Assembly (NCBI RefSeq): GCF_006345805.1 | Contig: NC_043000.1 | Span: 63,054,001-63,118,000, forward strand | DNA length: 64,000 nucleotides | Direction: 5' to 3' | Source of the DNA: Octopus sinensis | Taxonomy: Eukaryota | Shown here: piece after piece, positions 38,715 to 56,034 of the stretch | How the letters are laid out: every line of letters starts with the position of its first letter | Position numbering within the stretch: position 1 is the first letter of the stretch | The notes under the pieces: generated by a model | Database searches by the model: none | The model's input: the letters and a program-made list of their open reading frames with translations, nothing else | Told to the model about the DNA's origin: nothing | Translations under genes and position numbers: made by a program

Positions 38715-40196
38715 TGATCTCATAGTAGTATATATAGAGATATATGGTAATGTTACAGCAAGAAAAAAGTGAGTTAGTGAAAGTGTATGGATGTTGTCGC
38801 GCATAGTCGCTGATTGTAACTATCTTTTTCCCTCTGGTCGTTTGGTCTCTAGTGGCTGTCTGCTTGTGCCCATGACTCTAGTTATCCGTTCACTCTCACT
38901 GATGGTTCACTCTCACTAACTGACTTTAGCTGACGGAGTTCTTGCTTTTATAACTATCCAAAACCAGCAAGAAGGATAGACATATTGTTAAGAATAATAG
39001 ATTTCGTTGGAGGTCTGTTATCTCTATCCTAGCTTTTGGTGTCCTAGAAGAGGTTAGAAGGGTCAAGTGGCGAAGACATTATTCTGCTTAGCGAAGGCAT
39101 CTGGTAAATGTAACTGTTGTCAATCACAGAAAAAACTATTGCTTTACCGTGAGAAAAGTGATGTTGAACTGTCAAGTGAAATTTGGCTATCGAAGATCGA
39201 ATCCACGCTATGCCTGCATGAAGCCACTACATCATTCACCCGCGAGGCAGGTTCCGAGAAAAAAAGAAAGGAACGATCGAGGAAAAGAAAGAAATGCATA
39301 GCTAAGAAAAGATTTTGCATATCAGGAGGGAGGATCATTGAAGTATATATGGGACAGGTATTTATTCAAGTGAGTCTGAATAACAGTGTTGCTTTATGCC
39401 AGATTGTGCAGTCTGTGACTAGGTAGCACAGAAAACGAGTTAGCGCGTGAGGGCGTATACATGAGTGCAGGTGCACGTATCAAAATTCACTGTAAAATAA
39501 GCTCAGGTGAGCGAGTGGGTGTATTCTCAATCCATGATATCGAAGATCTTCCTGCAGGATTGCAGTGTGTGAAATGCCTTGAAGGTTTTTCAGAAGTGAA
39601 ATATATCTGGCGCTGTTGTCGTGTTTAATTGCTGAGGTTAGCAAGAACGACAGTGTAGCATGCTAGAGTGATGCGCGAGACAGGTAATTTTCTCCATTCA
39701 TTACGTAACCAAACAAGGGTCTAACAGAGGGAAATTATGTCTAACATGAACGCAGAGCATGTGAACATCCGACGTGCATCAAGTCAGGAAAAGAGCTGAG
39801 CTGAGCTGTCACAGCCGTGTTGTAAAACAAGGCAGTAGAGGCATAATAGAATTGCGTGTGCGTGTGTGCAAAAGGGCTTTAGGCTGAGGTGGTATGCTAG
39901 TGCAGCGATTACAAAATAGTGTTGAATATGCCAGGGATTAAAGCAGTGCTGAATATGCCAACCGATGCATGCGATATTAAATGCCTTGAATGTGCAGGAG
40001 CAAAAGTGTGGCATGCTGCGCGTTGTAAGGGACAAACAACTTTCTCTATGTATACGTGACCGAAGGAGGGTCTACAAGGGCACAGAGAGAAAGAAAAACA
40101 AGCGAGAAAGGCATGTATGATGCATGAATGTGGCAGTGTCAACATGTATGTGTGTATGAACAATATGTGCAGATGCGTGTATGAAACCACTACATA

Positions 40197-44091
<3,895 letters not shown>

Positions 44092-44402
44092 TGTGTATAT
44101 ATATATATATATATAGTTGATATCATAAGAATTTATAAACTTTCGAGGCAACGTGGAATAATTCATTTTTAGAATTGGATCACGAAGTACATATAAGTTT
44201 TTATATAGCTATAGGTTTTTCAGTCCGACATTTATGTGATATCATTTATAGCCTTACATGTAGTTCGTGATCCAATTCTACAATATACATAGGAAGGTGG
44301 TGGTGGCAGTGTGGTTCCCAACTACTTGGTCCCGTGCACTTCGAGCAAGTGGCCAACGAAAGCGCCTTATGATTGGATTTGGTATACGGAAAAAGAACCC
44401 CG

Positions 44403-44440
<38 letters not shown>

Positions 44441-44442
<2 letters not shown>

Positions 44443-44817
44443 GCTTTCACGTTCCCCAAACTTGACTAGCCCGGATTTTTTTCTTGTGAGGATACCTGAA
44501 AGAGAGGGTTTACGTCAACAAACCGGAGATCCTGGTGCAACTGGAGAACATCAATAGAAAAATCAGAGAAGTGGGGTCTGAAACTCTTGCGGGTGTTATG
44601 GTGCAAGTTTTGGAAAGAGCACGGGCGTGTGAAGCCGAAAATGGCTGCCATGTAAGTGATGTCATTTTTCATATGTAGTGGTATTGCATAATTTGACTTG
44701 TGCATATTAATTTCCATTATGTTCATTATATTGCGTCAAGATTCATGCATTTATTTATAAAGTTAAGGAAGTTATTAAAAATTGAAGCCCATCAGTGACT
44801 TTTGGGACATCCTGTAT
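44441..44817 (+). mobile_element. Tc1/mariner-superfamily 3' fragment with TIR
   Basis: RSPNLTSPDFFL*GYLKERVY peptide; ends TTTTGGGACATCCTGTA. Confidence 0.8.
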
Positions 44818-44834
44818 ATATATATATACATATA

Positions 44835-44887
<53 letters not shown>

Positions 44888-44943
44888 ATATATATATTAT
44901 TATATATATATATTATATATATACATGTATATACACATATATA

Positions 44944-45085
44944 TACGAGGGGTTACTGAAAATTTCCTGGCTCTGAGTAAAAGAAAATGCAGGAGGATTA
45001 GTTAATTATTTTATTCAACATAGTCGCCTCTCAGATTTACTCACTTATTGCAGCAGTCCTTCAGTTTTCTAAGCCCTGTAAAAAA
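44944..45085. mobile_element. Mariner terminal fragment
   Basis: Starts TACGAGGGGTTACTGAAAATTTCCTGGCT, a mariner-type TIR. Confidence 0.5.
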
Positions 45086-45342
45086 AACTTGGAAGTTTGG
45101 GCCACCAACCAACCCTTGAAGCCAGGAATTTTTCAGCAACCTGGCTGTATGTTAAGAAGTTTGTTTCTCAACTGCATGGTTCAGAAAGAGAAATATTTTT
45201 GAACAAGGAAAATCTGAATTTTTGCTTCCTTTGTGAGATCTGTATAAATGTTCTGTCTTTTCTATTTAAAATATTGCCTGGTATAATTGATATATTATAG
45301 TGCAATACACAAATTACCTCTGATCTCTATTTTTCGCTGATT

Positions 45343-46409
45343 TATCTTTTTAGATACAGGGTAGTATCGCAGCGGCGGTAGTACTGGCAGAATCGGCAGC
45401 GTGTTCGACAGTGTATGTGTCCTCTATTTAACTCCTTTTTACTTTCATTCTAGGTTCAATTTACACCAGGATCGTTTTTGCTTTTCATTCAGTTATCGTT
45501 TTTGAATTACGAATAATAGCTCTGTTATATACCTTCCATCTATGTGAACTTGTACCTGAGAAGAAACCTTTGTCTTATTTTAATACCGTTACTCTAATAA
45601 AAGGTAAGGTTGACTCGATTCTCACGGAATTTGAACTGTTGCAACACATTCTCTTGATTTGTGATATTGATTTGAATTCAGAATGTAAAGGGCTGAACTA
45701 AATACCGCCAATCGTTTCTGCAAGTCCACTGCTTTTACTTTGGCTGTAATTATCGGAAACAGTTGAGGCGCAGCTAAATTTCTTGCGACTTTTACCTACG
45801 TGTATTTACATTCTGCATTCGAATCTCGTCAAAGTCAACTCACATCTTTTCAAGAGGGCTAAAGTCAATAAAATAAGCAAAGTCGATTATACACTCTCTC
45901 CTCAAATTTGAAGCCTTTTGCCTGTTAGAAATTAATATAAATAAGCATAAGGAAATGAAATTAGACTGAAATAGTCTTGTGTGTGCAAAGTGAAATTGCC
46001 ACAAGCAAGAATCGAAAACACATCGAGGCTTACTTCTTTCTCTAGAGCATTTGTTACAATAGTTTAAGAAAAGTAGTCGTGACAATAGCAACCATTGCTA
46101 CTTATAAAGCAACCTAGTTTTCATAAATAAGTAAGTTAAAGGTAACAAACACATCTACTATCCTTATATCAGACGTATGTATATAGGTCAAAACAAATAC
46201 ATACAAAACGATAGATTGTAAATATATTACAAAGAATGGAGCAAAAAAAAAAATAATAATAATAATGCCCATTGTGATCGAAAAATATTATACTTTTGTT
46301 TAGATGTGTCAAGTACCTCGTTTAATGTTCAAATTCAACGTTGTGCGCGCTTACCTGCGCGCGTGTTTGTGTGCGTGCTTGCGTGTCTATGTGTCTTTGT
46401 GTATGTGTT

Positions 46410-46459
<50 letters not shown>

Positions 46460-47612
46460 TGTGTGTGTGTGTGAGTGTGTGTGTGCTATCAAACCAGTTT
46501 TACATAACACCCAATTATGAGAAAAACCAACTGTAATGTTCTGCTATGTCAACGAATCATTGAATTTTATGCAATGGACGCAGGCATGGCTAAGAAATAG
46601 AGTGTGTTTGTGAATAAAGTGATAATTTTTGTTATTTTTGTTTTTTTATTGTTTGGTGAGGTGAACATTGTAGAACAAGTATGAGGTCACATCAAAGCTA
46701 AATACAAAAGAAGCTCGCAGATGCACAGTTCTTTGAGTAGGTGTCTTCTGTCATACTTTTGGATCGACCAGATCATTGTGAGTGAAATTTGATGGTCCGA
46801 AACATGTGGAAGCTCATCGGACGGAGACTGTTCTTCTTTCTCTAGTTAAGTCATTACTTTTTTTCTTTAATTAACACTATTACTTAACATTTATAACATG
46901 CTTGTACAAGTACAAAGAAAAAGGAAAAACAAAAAAAGTAAGAGAAGAGAAAAAAAGGAAAAAGGAGGGGTGTAAAGCAACATAAGACACCTTATATAAG
47001 TTGTACAAAGATATGGTAAAAGGATCATACAATAGCATATTTCGTAGTACAGTTGAGAGAATCCCTTATCCGAAATTCCTGAGAACGAATGTTGCAGGTT
47101 TCGTTTTGACTTTTTTTTGGGTATTATTTTGTTTTTTGGTTTTTGTCGGGATTATGAGTATTTTTATATTTGCAGCTATAAAATGGGACAACTTAGGGAT
47201 GGGACCCAATTCTAAACACAATATCCATTTGCATTTCATGATATAACTTATACTCTAAAGGTAGTTTTAAATAATTTTTTGACAGGTAGATATGTACAAG
47301 TAAATACGAGTTGCTTTCAAAAAGTATTTGACTTGATTTTTTTCCGCCAAAACTAATGCCGCGCAAACAAAATCCTTTGCGTGGGAGGTGACGCCACCCT
47401 TCCTGTACATGCGTGAAAATTTTCGCGCAGGTAGGCCGTGTCAGTTGCGCACGTGGCATTAGTTTTAGCGGGAAAAATAACATCGGAGACTTTTTGAATG
47501 CATCTTGTATGTACAAGTAATATACAAGTAGAGGCAACATACCCTGTCGATCATGTTACCGATTCTGCCAGTACTACCGCCGCTGCGATACTACCCTGTA
47601 TCTAAAAAGATA
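45343..47612. mobile_element. ~2.3-kb non-coding element bounded by ~83-bp TIRs
   Basis: 45343-45425 is an inverted match to 47530-47612. Contains a nested mariner-type MITE at about 47304-47509. Confidence 0.7.
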
Positions 47613-48974
47613 CAGGGTAGTATCGTGTGATTCAATAAAACGACTTGTGACTCCTCAGTATTTGCCTTTTCCAATTTCATTCCAACAATTGGTAAAGAGA
47701 GCTTATTTTCAAATTGTTATAATAAGGTGTTTGTGTTTCAGCTACGAATCAGTTTATTGATTGTTGTCTTATCATTTCATAGATCAGGTTGGGAGAGGCC
47801 TTGTTACTAAGGTGTGTTAGAGATTTGTTACTAAGGTGTGTTAACTCTGTGTCAGTTTTTGCATTATGTTTTTCTTATATATATTGTTTCCCGGGCGGGA
47901 GCTGGCAGAATCGTTAACATGTCAGTCAAAATGCTTAGCGGCATTTTTTCCAATTTTACGTTCTGAGTTCGAATGCCACCGAGGGCGATTTTGCCTTTCA
48001 TTCTTTCAGGGTCTATAAAATAAGTACCTGATAAGCACTGAGATGGATGTAATCGACCATCCTCCTCCCCAAAAATGTCAAGCCTTATGTTTATAATTTT
48101 TTTATAATGTTGTTTAATCTTAATCAGTTCTAACAGTAGACTTATGATCAAAGGCACTTAAGCCATGAGTATCAGAATTTTCCCAAGCATTGTACAATCA
48201 AACCTACCATATCCAATCCATAAATTTCTGTTTACAGTAAGGTGTGATTTAAGGAAGGGTACACTTTCTAGCATATCGAGCGATCATACAGAGACTCCCT
48301 CCCTCCCTCTAATCGCTGTTTGACGCAATGCATTGCAATTACACTTTTTTTTTCAAATGTATGTTGATTGAGCTGGCAAGAGTGCTGTACCTATTTGACT
48401 AATGTAGCTATTTACATCATTCATATTCCTATATAAACTTATAGATAACATTGATTATCTGAAGTTTGTTCAGCAGCATGCGGTTTTATGGATTGTTGTT
48501 GAGTAGTTTTTTTTTAGTATATTTTGATTGCTTTTTGTAGTGTAAATTATGTATAACGTATGTTGTACTATGCCTAATGCATTTTATAATGTGTTTATAT
48601 ATTACATAGATGACAAGTTCATCTGCCCTGTAGCCAGAGTACACTTCTTTATGAAATACATTTTATGTGAGGCTTGGAAATTATTTTCTCAGGACAGTTG
48701 GTGTCTATTGTACTTACCGTCCTATTTCTGTTTTTTTTTATATCTTGGCTTAATAAAAGGAAGCTCGCTGAAGACCTGCATTATGCAAATACTTTTGGAA
48801 GTGAACTAAAAGAATTGATCGAAAGAAATTGTCATAACGGACATATAAACATTTATTTACATGAAAGAAAATTACCGGTGAACTTTCATCTAATTCTTCC
48901 AAATCTTTCTGTTAAACCATTTGAAACCATTTGTAGTGAATTTTTTTATCATAGCAACTGGTTGCACACCACGA

Positions 48975-50990
48975 GGTTTAACGGAACCTACTGAAGCAAG
49001 CCAGTATGTTCGCAGCATTACTACGGGCGATGGCGAGGCTAAGACATTGGGAAACCCAAGCGCCCTCATCGGCATCACCTGACACTTCGGTGAGGCAGGC
49101 TGATAAAGTTGACAAGAACTTCACGGTTAGTGGCCCACTCCCTCCGAACGTCTCAAAAGCCACAGGTTAGACGGGATAGTTTACTGTCAGGTCCCGATAC
49201 TTCAGGGTTTTCTTCCGTTCGGCTACGGAAGCAGTGACCCTCCCATCAACTGCAACATTCAGGATGTGAAAAGGAGCAAAAAGGGTCGCGGACTGTGGTA
49301 TCCCAAATGAGACACCTACGTCTAACCCAGGGACATAGGGTAAGACCATCTGAACTCTTTCCATCACTTTTGGATAACCCCGACGGCTCCAGAACTGAGG
49401 GATATTAATCCGAGCCAGGGCCTGCTTAATGATTAGGTTTAGCTCGGTGCGACGAGCGAAGTGACTAGCATTTAGGCGGTAAATCAGACCGTGAGGACCT
49501 GTGGGGTCGAAGGGCCTACCACAGCGGCATCTCAGTCTCCTACAGATGTCATCTCCCACTCTGAGTGCGATGGAGATGTGGAGTTCATCCAGACTGAGTA
49601 GACCTCCAATGTTGGCCACAGGAAGGGCATCAATCCAGTTCCCTGAGAATTTTCCATTAGCTGGAAGTAGTTCGAGGTTAGCCAATTTGGATCTAAAGAT
49701 GAACTCGAAAGCTAGGTCAGCAATTGGGGCTCCAAGGGAGCACCACGTTGATGAAGGAGGAATCGTGATTGAGAGGTGGGGAGTCAACAAATAGTTTAGT
49801 AGTCTGCTCATGCGAAGCTGGGTGGTTGAAGAGCCAAAGCTCGCATTTGAAGCTGTTAACGCTAAGACCTCTACGACCAAGTTCCTCGATCATCGTCCTC
49901 GCAGTTGAAAGCACCTCGTCAGCAGGGCCTCCCAAACAAGCGTCATCGAGGTACCAGATATTTAGGTCTAGGTCGGCTTCCATCTTGTGACATCATGAAT
50001 GCCCAATGCGAATAGGGCTGGACAAAGTGGATCACTCTGTTGGACTCCAGAGGCAGATGGGATGAGTTGGTCACCAAACGAGAGGTAGGAGGACTCCCGA
50101 TATGCTTGCCAAGCAAAGTGGTAAAGTAGTGTGGATTTCTCCCTTAGTGCGCGGAGGATGACGTCTCGACTGATGGAGTTAAAACCATTCTTAAGGTCAA
50201 GTTTGAGGATGACCTTTGGGGACTCAGAGGGCAAGTTGGTGAAAGTCTTGATGGTATGAGCAGCAACCTCACAACCTAGCTTAGCACCCACTCCTCGAAC
50301 AGGCACACTTTTGCTGTGACCCGTCGTAGAATACAACCAGCTGCTATGGGGCGGAGATTACCGTTGGACTTGGTGAGACCAAATACTTTGTCCCCAAAGA
50401 ACAGGGGACGAATGTAGGCGAGGACACTCTCGGACGAGAACAAGTTTATAAACTCTGTTAGGTTCTCCAAGAGTTCGAGCCCGGCATCACCAGCTGACAA
50501 GGGGGTACCATTCTTGAGATGCTGAGGTCGTGAGCCATCGATCCCAGCGCTAGAACCTGCTGGAAAAGAGTTAATTGCCCTTCTGACGCTGTCAGGGATG
50601 AAGATGGGTTGTAGAAAACTTGGTGGATCGGTCCAGTGTAGGTCATCATCTGGAGGGATCGGAGGATGTTTATTCTTCAGTTTGTTGAGTGAGTCTGTAA
50701 TACACGGGACGAGGGAGGACAGAGAGGAAAGAAGGCGACCAGCTCCTTAATGTCAAATTCTCCGAATTTGGCATTAACAGCCTTCTTTAAGTTAGGTGGT
50801 CGACCATTGTTCGGGGTTGAGCTGATGACGGACCTGAGATGAATAGTGGTTGGGGTAGATTCGAACAGCTCGAATTGCCGTTTCATGGAAGAAGTGAGGG
50901 ATCCACTATTGCCATTCGTAACGTAGGGGAAGACCAAAGGGAACAGCAACAGTTTCTGCCAATCCGAGATGTTGAATAGGCAGACGTTAA
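48975..50990 (-). mobile_element. CRE-clade non-LTR retrotransposon relic (RT + zinc knuckle + RLE endonuclease)
   Basis: LRPIAAG..LRRV, LKLDLKNGFNSI, GVQQSDPL and WYLDD (RT). CRCG..DPTGPH (knuckle). SDGLTL and AFETFGGSG...SLAIARSNA (RLE-type C-terminus). Many frameshifts. Confidence 0.8.
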
Positions 50991-50999
50991 TAATTGGTT

Positions 51000-51140
51000 T
51001 TTGTATCCATTATTGGTAAGAATATTTTTTACCCTAAAGATATCTAATTGTGTTAGTGCATCGTTTGCGAAAGAGAATTTAAATGCTCTTCTAAGTAGCA
51101 ATTTTACAACTAATATTTTATATCTACTATGAACTATAAG
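51000..51140 (-). mobile_element. PLE RT thumb fragment
   Basis: LLRRAFKF...VKNILTNNGY resembles the PLE RA..IC...L..NGY motif. Confidence 0.5.
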
Positions 51141-51371
51141 AGGTAACATTTGTCTGTCTACCTATCTATTTATCTATCTATCTCTATATCTACAACACAC
51201 ACACATATATGCATGTATACATATAATACCATAAGGGCACAGAAAGTGTACCTAAAGCCAGCTGGAGACGATGATCTCCTGGGGCTAAAAGCTACAGTAA
51301 CACCCACCCTTAGCGGTTAGCCATATTGAGATGGCTAGTATACTTTACGTTATATATATATACATATACAT

Positions 51372-51666
51372 ATATCAAACTAAAGTTATTGAACAAACAA
51401 ATGCAAGGTCATCCGCATAGCATTTCATAATTCGAACGTTTAATCATAGAATATACATATACACATCCCGCAAGATGAAACATAATTCATCTGTACAAGC
51501 ATACAATCATATAATATATATGCTTATATGCTTGTATGCTTGTACAGATGAATCATGTTCCATCTTGCGGGATGTTTATATGTATATTCTATGATTAAAT
51601 GTTCGAATTATGAAATGCTATGCAGATGACCTTGCATTTGTTTGTTCAATAACTTTAGTTTGATAT
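51372..51666. repeat. Long inverted repeat (~143-bp arms)
   Basis: 51372-51514 versus 51524-51666, few mismatches. Confidence 0.9.
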
Positions 51667-51758
51667 TTTTGTCTCTTTCAATAGAGCACTTCTATAGCAG
51701 TCCTATTAATCTTTTTGTTCCTGACAAGAGACAATCACTGTATTATTGATATTGATAC

Positions 51759-51821
<63 letters not shown>

Positions 51822-51822
51822 A

Positions 51823-52219
51823 TACTAGCAGTATCGCCCGGCGTTGCTCGGGTTTGTAAGGGAAATAACTATATAAGCATTTTTAGAGAGTTATAGCCAA
51901 AAAATAGGAAAAAAATGCATTAAAATGGAAAAAAAATTAAGGTAAATTTCTTTTTAAATCGTTGACACATCGTAGATATTTTTAGAGAGTTACTTCCCTT
52001 ATATAATAGAGAAAAAATGCATTAAAATGGAAAAATATGATGGTAAATTTTTTAAATCGTAGACTCATCGTAGACGCGCGCTAATACCCAGAAGGGCTCG
52101 ATATGACTCACGACTATAAGATACCCGGTTTTGGTTACACTGCACCGCAAAATGTGGGAGTAGTTAGGAATCTAAATCGTAGGAGACAGACACACAACTT
52201 CACTCTTATATATAAAGAT
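51823..52219 (+). mobile_element. Non-autonomous Helitron/Helentron-like element with internal duplication
   Basis: Homologous to 32532-32837. Confidence 0.55.
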
Positions 52220-52326
52220 ATAAGCCACGTAGTTATATACACATACTTTGTTATATACGCATTCTTAAAAGAAAATGTTATTTTGAATACAACATTTATA
52301 AAGAATAAAATATTTTTTGGTTTTTC

Positions 52327-53200
52327 TTAACCCTTTCGTTACTATATTTCTGACCAAAATACACCCCTTATGTGTTTCAATTAATTTCTAACGTAATCAT
52401 AAATTTAGTCTGGTTTCATTAAACAACTATAACTTTTTTATTTATCAATATATTAATGTGATTTTTGGAAGATAATTTAATGAAATGTCCTCAACCAATT
52501 CTATACTATAATTTTTGTCACAAAGTGACTCTAATTGCAGGTAGATACAGGTAAATTCAACAATATATAAAATTATTAAAATTTTGTTCAAACATCGCTA
52601 TAGAAAATGGGTTATTAGCTAATATTCAATTGGGTATACAACAAAATTTTATGATAGAATTTGTTATTCTGGGTAACTTTCTGTAAATTTATTAAAATTT
52701 TGTTCAAACATCGCTATAGAAAATGGGTTATTAGCTAATATTCAATTGGGTATACAACAAAATTTTACAATAGAATTTGTTATTCTGGGTAACTTTCTGT
52801 AAAATTATTAAAATTTTGTTCAAACATCGCTATAGAAAATGGGTTATTAGCTAATATTCAATTGGGTATACAACAAAATTTTACGATAGAATTTGTTATT
52901 CTGGGTAACTTTCTGATACCTATAATAATATTTATGGCAAAATAGGCCTTAATTTAATTTAAGGTTGTGGGAAATAACAAACTATCCTTTCTTTCGTTTT
53001 GTTTACGTTTAGCGTAACGTTTCGTTTCTGCCATAATGATTTCAAATAGGCTCATTCGAAAAAGTAAAAAGAAATAGTCTAAGGCTTTACTCTTCTGGGA
53101 AAGTCTGTGGCTTGGTGCAGTTTCTTCAGAAAAATCACCGAAAGAAACAGTTTTTAAATTTTCACTCCATTCAGGTACCAATTCGTTTTCTTAATCGCTG
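52327..53200 (-). mobile_element. Deleted piggyBac element with 116-bp x3 subterminal tandem repeat (52569-52915)
   Basis: TTAA-CCCTTTCG end at 52327. Peptide DYFFLLF..SLFEIIMAETKRYA (52954-53181) matches the piggyBac N-terminal pattern. Repeat markers at 52573, 52689 and 52805. Confidence 0.75.
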
Positions 53201-53589
53201 TCGGATTCACTGTTTTCACTTTAATAGCTGCAAACTTGCAAAGACAAAGGAGGAGAAGGGTGATAGCGTCAGTGAAACAATTCGCTCCCTTTGTGTGTGT
53301 GTGCGTTTGCGTGTGGTGTAAACCACATTAAGAAAAACATTTGACATACACACCAGAATGTGAGTTTTCTGTAAATTTTGCTTAATTGGAGTTTAAATTT
53401 TAAAAACTGGACCTGGCATGACCCGATACATTCTACTCTTAAGAATGCTAGGTAAATTGTAATTGAAGAAATCCTATATTGTAGATTTCTATAACTTACA
53501 AAGGGAGGCAGATAAAATCTGCCTTTTATAATAAGAGATGTTATATATATATATATATATATGTTTACAAGCATCTGCCAACGTGTTGT

Positions 53590-54880
53590 GGACTGGTTCA
53601 AATTTCACAGGCGTCCCCGACAATTTAACATCTCCTAGGCCGAATTTTCGGCGCTTTGATTCTCCGACGCCGCAAAGATATCATCATAAAACCGACCGGC
53701 AAGAGTTGAGCTGTGGTGGTGTGGCGCGCAGACCTTTACAAAGCCGAAGCTCTCTGCCAACTTCAAAACACGTCCTTCTATTGCCCTCCAACCCCACGCC
53801 TAACTACCAACAGATTATGTCCTCCATTATCCATGACCTCATTTCTTCCTCACACCTCTCTACCACCGCCTCCAACCTTATTGTCCGCACTCCACGCATC
53901 CTTACAATTTACTTCCTTCCCAAAATTCACAAGCCCAACAACTCTGGGCACCCCATCGTCTCTGCCTGCAGTTGACCCCCTCCCCGCGAAATGATCTCGA
54001 AATACCTCGACCGTGTCCTTACCCCCACGTGGCTTCCTTCCCCTCCCACATCCACGACACTAACCATGCTCTCCGTCTCTTTAACTCTTTCTCCTTCCTT
54101 TCTGGCCCCTCTAAATTTTTCTTTACTCTTGATATCAAGAGTTTATATACGATGATCCCACACAACGAAGAAAACACTTTCTGGACTTTCGACCTGACAC
54201 CTCCACACTTCTTCGTTTGGCCGAGCTTGTTCTCTCCCTCAACTGCTTCTCGTTCGCGGGGGATTTTTACCAACAGCTGTCGGGAGTGTCCATGGGAACG
54301 TGAATGGATCCCGACTATGTGAACCTGTTCATTGGCTACGTTGAGACCCAAATATTCTCACAGTTCACTGGTTCCACTCCCGAACTATACGGTCGTTATC
54401 TCAATAACTGTATCGGCGCAACCTTCCTCTCCCGCGAACAACTAGACTTCTTCCTCTCTTTTATCCAACCCTTCCATCCAGCCCTCGAATTCACCTGCAC
54501 TATCTCTAACTCTTCCGTCGAATTTCTTGACCTTTCTGTCAGAATACACCAGTCTGCTCTCACTACCTTCACCCACTACAAACACACTGACTCACACTCC
54601 TATCTTAACTTCTCCTCCTCCCACCCTACCCACACCAAGCTCTCCATCCCCTAATCCCAATTCCTCCATCTGTGCAGGCTCTGCAGTGACAACCATAACT
54701 TTGAGACTCAGTCTCAACTCATGGCTCGCTACTTCATCCTACGTGGATATCTTCTCACCACTATCCACACTGCCCTTGCCAGGACACGATCTGTGGACCG
54801 TGTCTCTGCTCTTTCTCCTCACACCCGCCCTGTCGTTGCCCGTCTCCCGTTTCCCCCCTCACCTACCACCCCTCCAACGC
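53590..54880 (+). mobile_element. Penelope-like element RT pseudogene (GIY-YIG not seen)
   Basis: DIIIKP...VVVW, YFLPKIHKP..GHPIVS, LDIKSLYTMIPH, YGRYLNN, EFLDL and YKHTDSHSYLNFSSSHP..K.SIP motifs. Confidence 0.88.
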
Positions 54881-54904
54881 ACCATTCTCCGACCTTTCCG
54901 TTGT

Positions 54905-54932
54905 CAGGTGATGGCGGGGTGACAAACACAAA

Positions 54933-54968
<36 letters not shown>

Positions 54969-54991
54969 TATATATGTGTATATATATATAC

Positions 54992-55046
<55 letters not shown>

Positions 55047-55464
55047 GCACGATGGGCTTCTTTCAGTTTCTGTCTACCAAATCCACTCACAAGGTTTTGG
55101 TCAGTCCGAGGCTATAGTAAATGACACTTGCCCAAGGTGCCACGTAGTGGGACTGAACCCGTACGGTGTGGTTGATAAGCAATCTACTTACCACACAACC
55201 ACTCCTGCGTCTGTACAAGCCATTCCTGTGCCTATATGCATATATATGTCTGTGAGTCTGTGTTTGTCATCCCGCCACCATCGCTTGACAACCGATGTTG
55301 ATGTGTTTATGTCCCGTAACCTAACGGTTCAGCAAAAGTCACCGATAGAATAAGTACAAGGCGTTCAAAGAATAAGTCCTGGAGTCGATTTGTTCGACTA
55401 AAGACGGTGCTCCAACATGGCCGCAGTCATATGATTGAAACAAGTAAAAGAATAAAAGAACATA
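54905..55464. mobile_element. SINE family A pieces (minus 54905-55210; plus 3' half 55255-55464)
   Basis: Similar to other copies. Confidence 0.75.
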
Positions 55465-55630
55465 ACAGTTATCGCCATACTAATATGGCATTCTTATAAA
55501 AATAAGAAAAAAGCTGTCCGCTTATTAGCTCCATGAGGCCATCGCCTTAAGTTAGCTATTTGATACACAAACTGTATCCATATAACCTTCGAACAAGGGA
55601 GGTCAGTCGCTCCACACTACTTGACCGGCA

Positions 55631-55672
55631 GCTACAGACGCGTTTCGGGGTATTGCCCCTTTTCAATGCAGC
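55631..55672 (-). ncRNA. Type I hammerhead ribozyme, U3-A8 variant (copy 1)
   Basis: GCUGCA-UUGAAAA-GGGG-CAAUA-CCCC-GAAACGCGUC-UGUAGC. Confidence 0.8.
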
Positions 55673-55992
55673 GTAGCCAGCCAGTAGGTGTCGCTTCCGA
55701 CAATCTCTGTTCGATGGTTTTCTTTACCTAGTTTCGGTGGAATACATCCACTTTTTTTCAATAATAGAAATATTAAAATAACTAAGTCTCCCTAAAAGAG
55801 AACAGCGGCAGCGTTCCCGGAAAATAATAGTTATCGCCATACTAATATGGCATTCTTATAAAAATAAGAAAAAAGCTGTCCGCTTATTAGCTCCATGAGG
55901 CCATCGCCTTAAGTTAGCTATTTGATACACAAACTGTATCCATATAACCTTCGAACAAGGGAGGTCAGTCGCTCCACACTACTTGGCCGGCA

Positions 55993-56034
55993 GCTACAGA
56001 CGCGTTTCGGGGTATTGCCCCTTTTCAATGCAGC
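55993..56034 (-). ncRNA. Type I hammerhead ribozyme, U3-A8 variant (copy 2)
   Basis: Same core sequence as copy 1. Confidence 0.8.

Noticed and set aside
38010-38715. Decayed envelope-like or mucin-like ORF on the minus strand
   Set aside because: It has several stops, and the TIGDPDV repeat is just the translated PBS repeat.
46745-46815. GGTCCGAAACATGT with a possible stem II
   Set aside because: The CUGANGA half is absent; at most a dead relic.
52569-52915. 116-bp x3 array as CRISPR-like or retrozyme
   Set aside because: There are no unique spacers and no ribozyme core, and it lies inside a piggyBac end.
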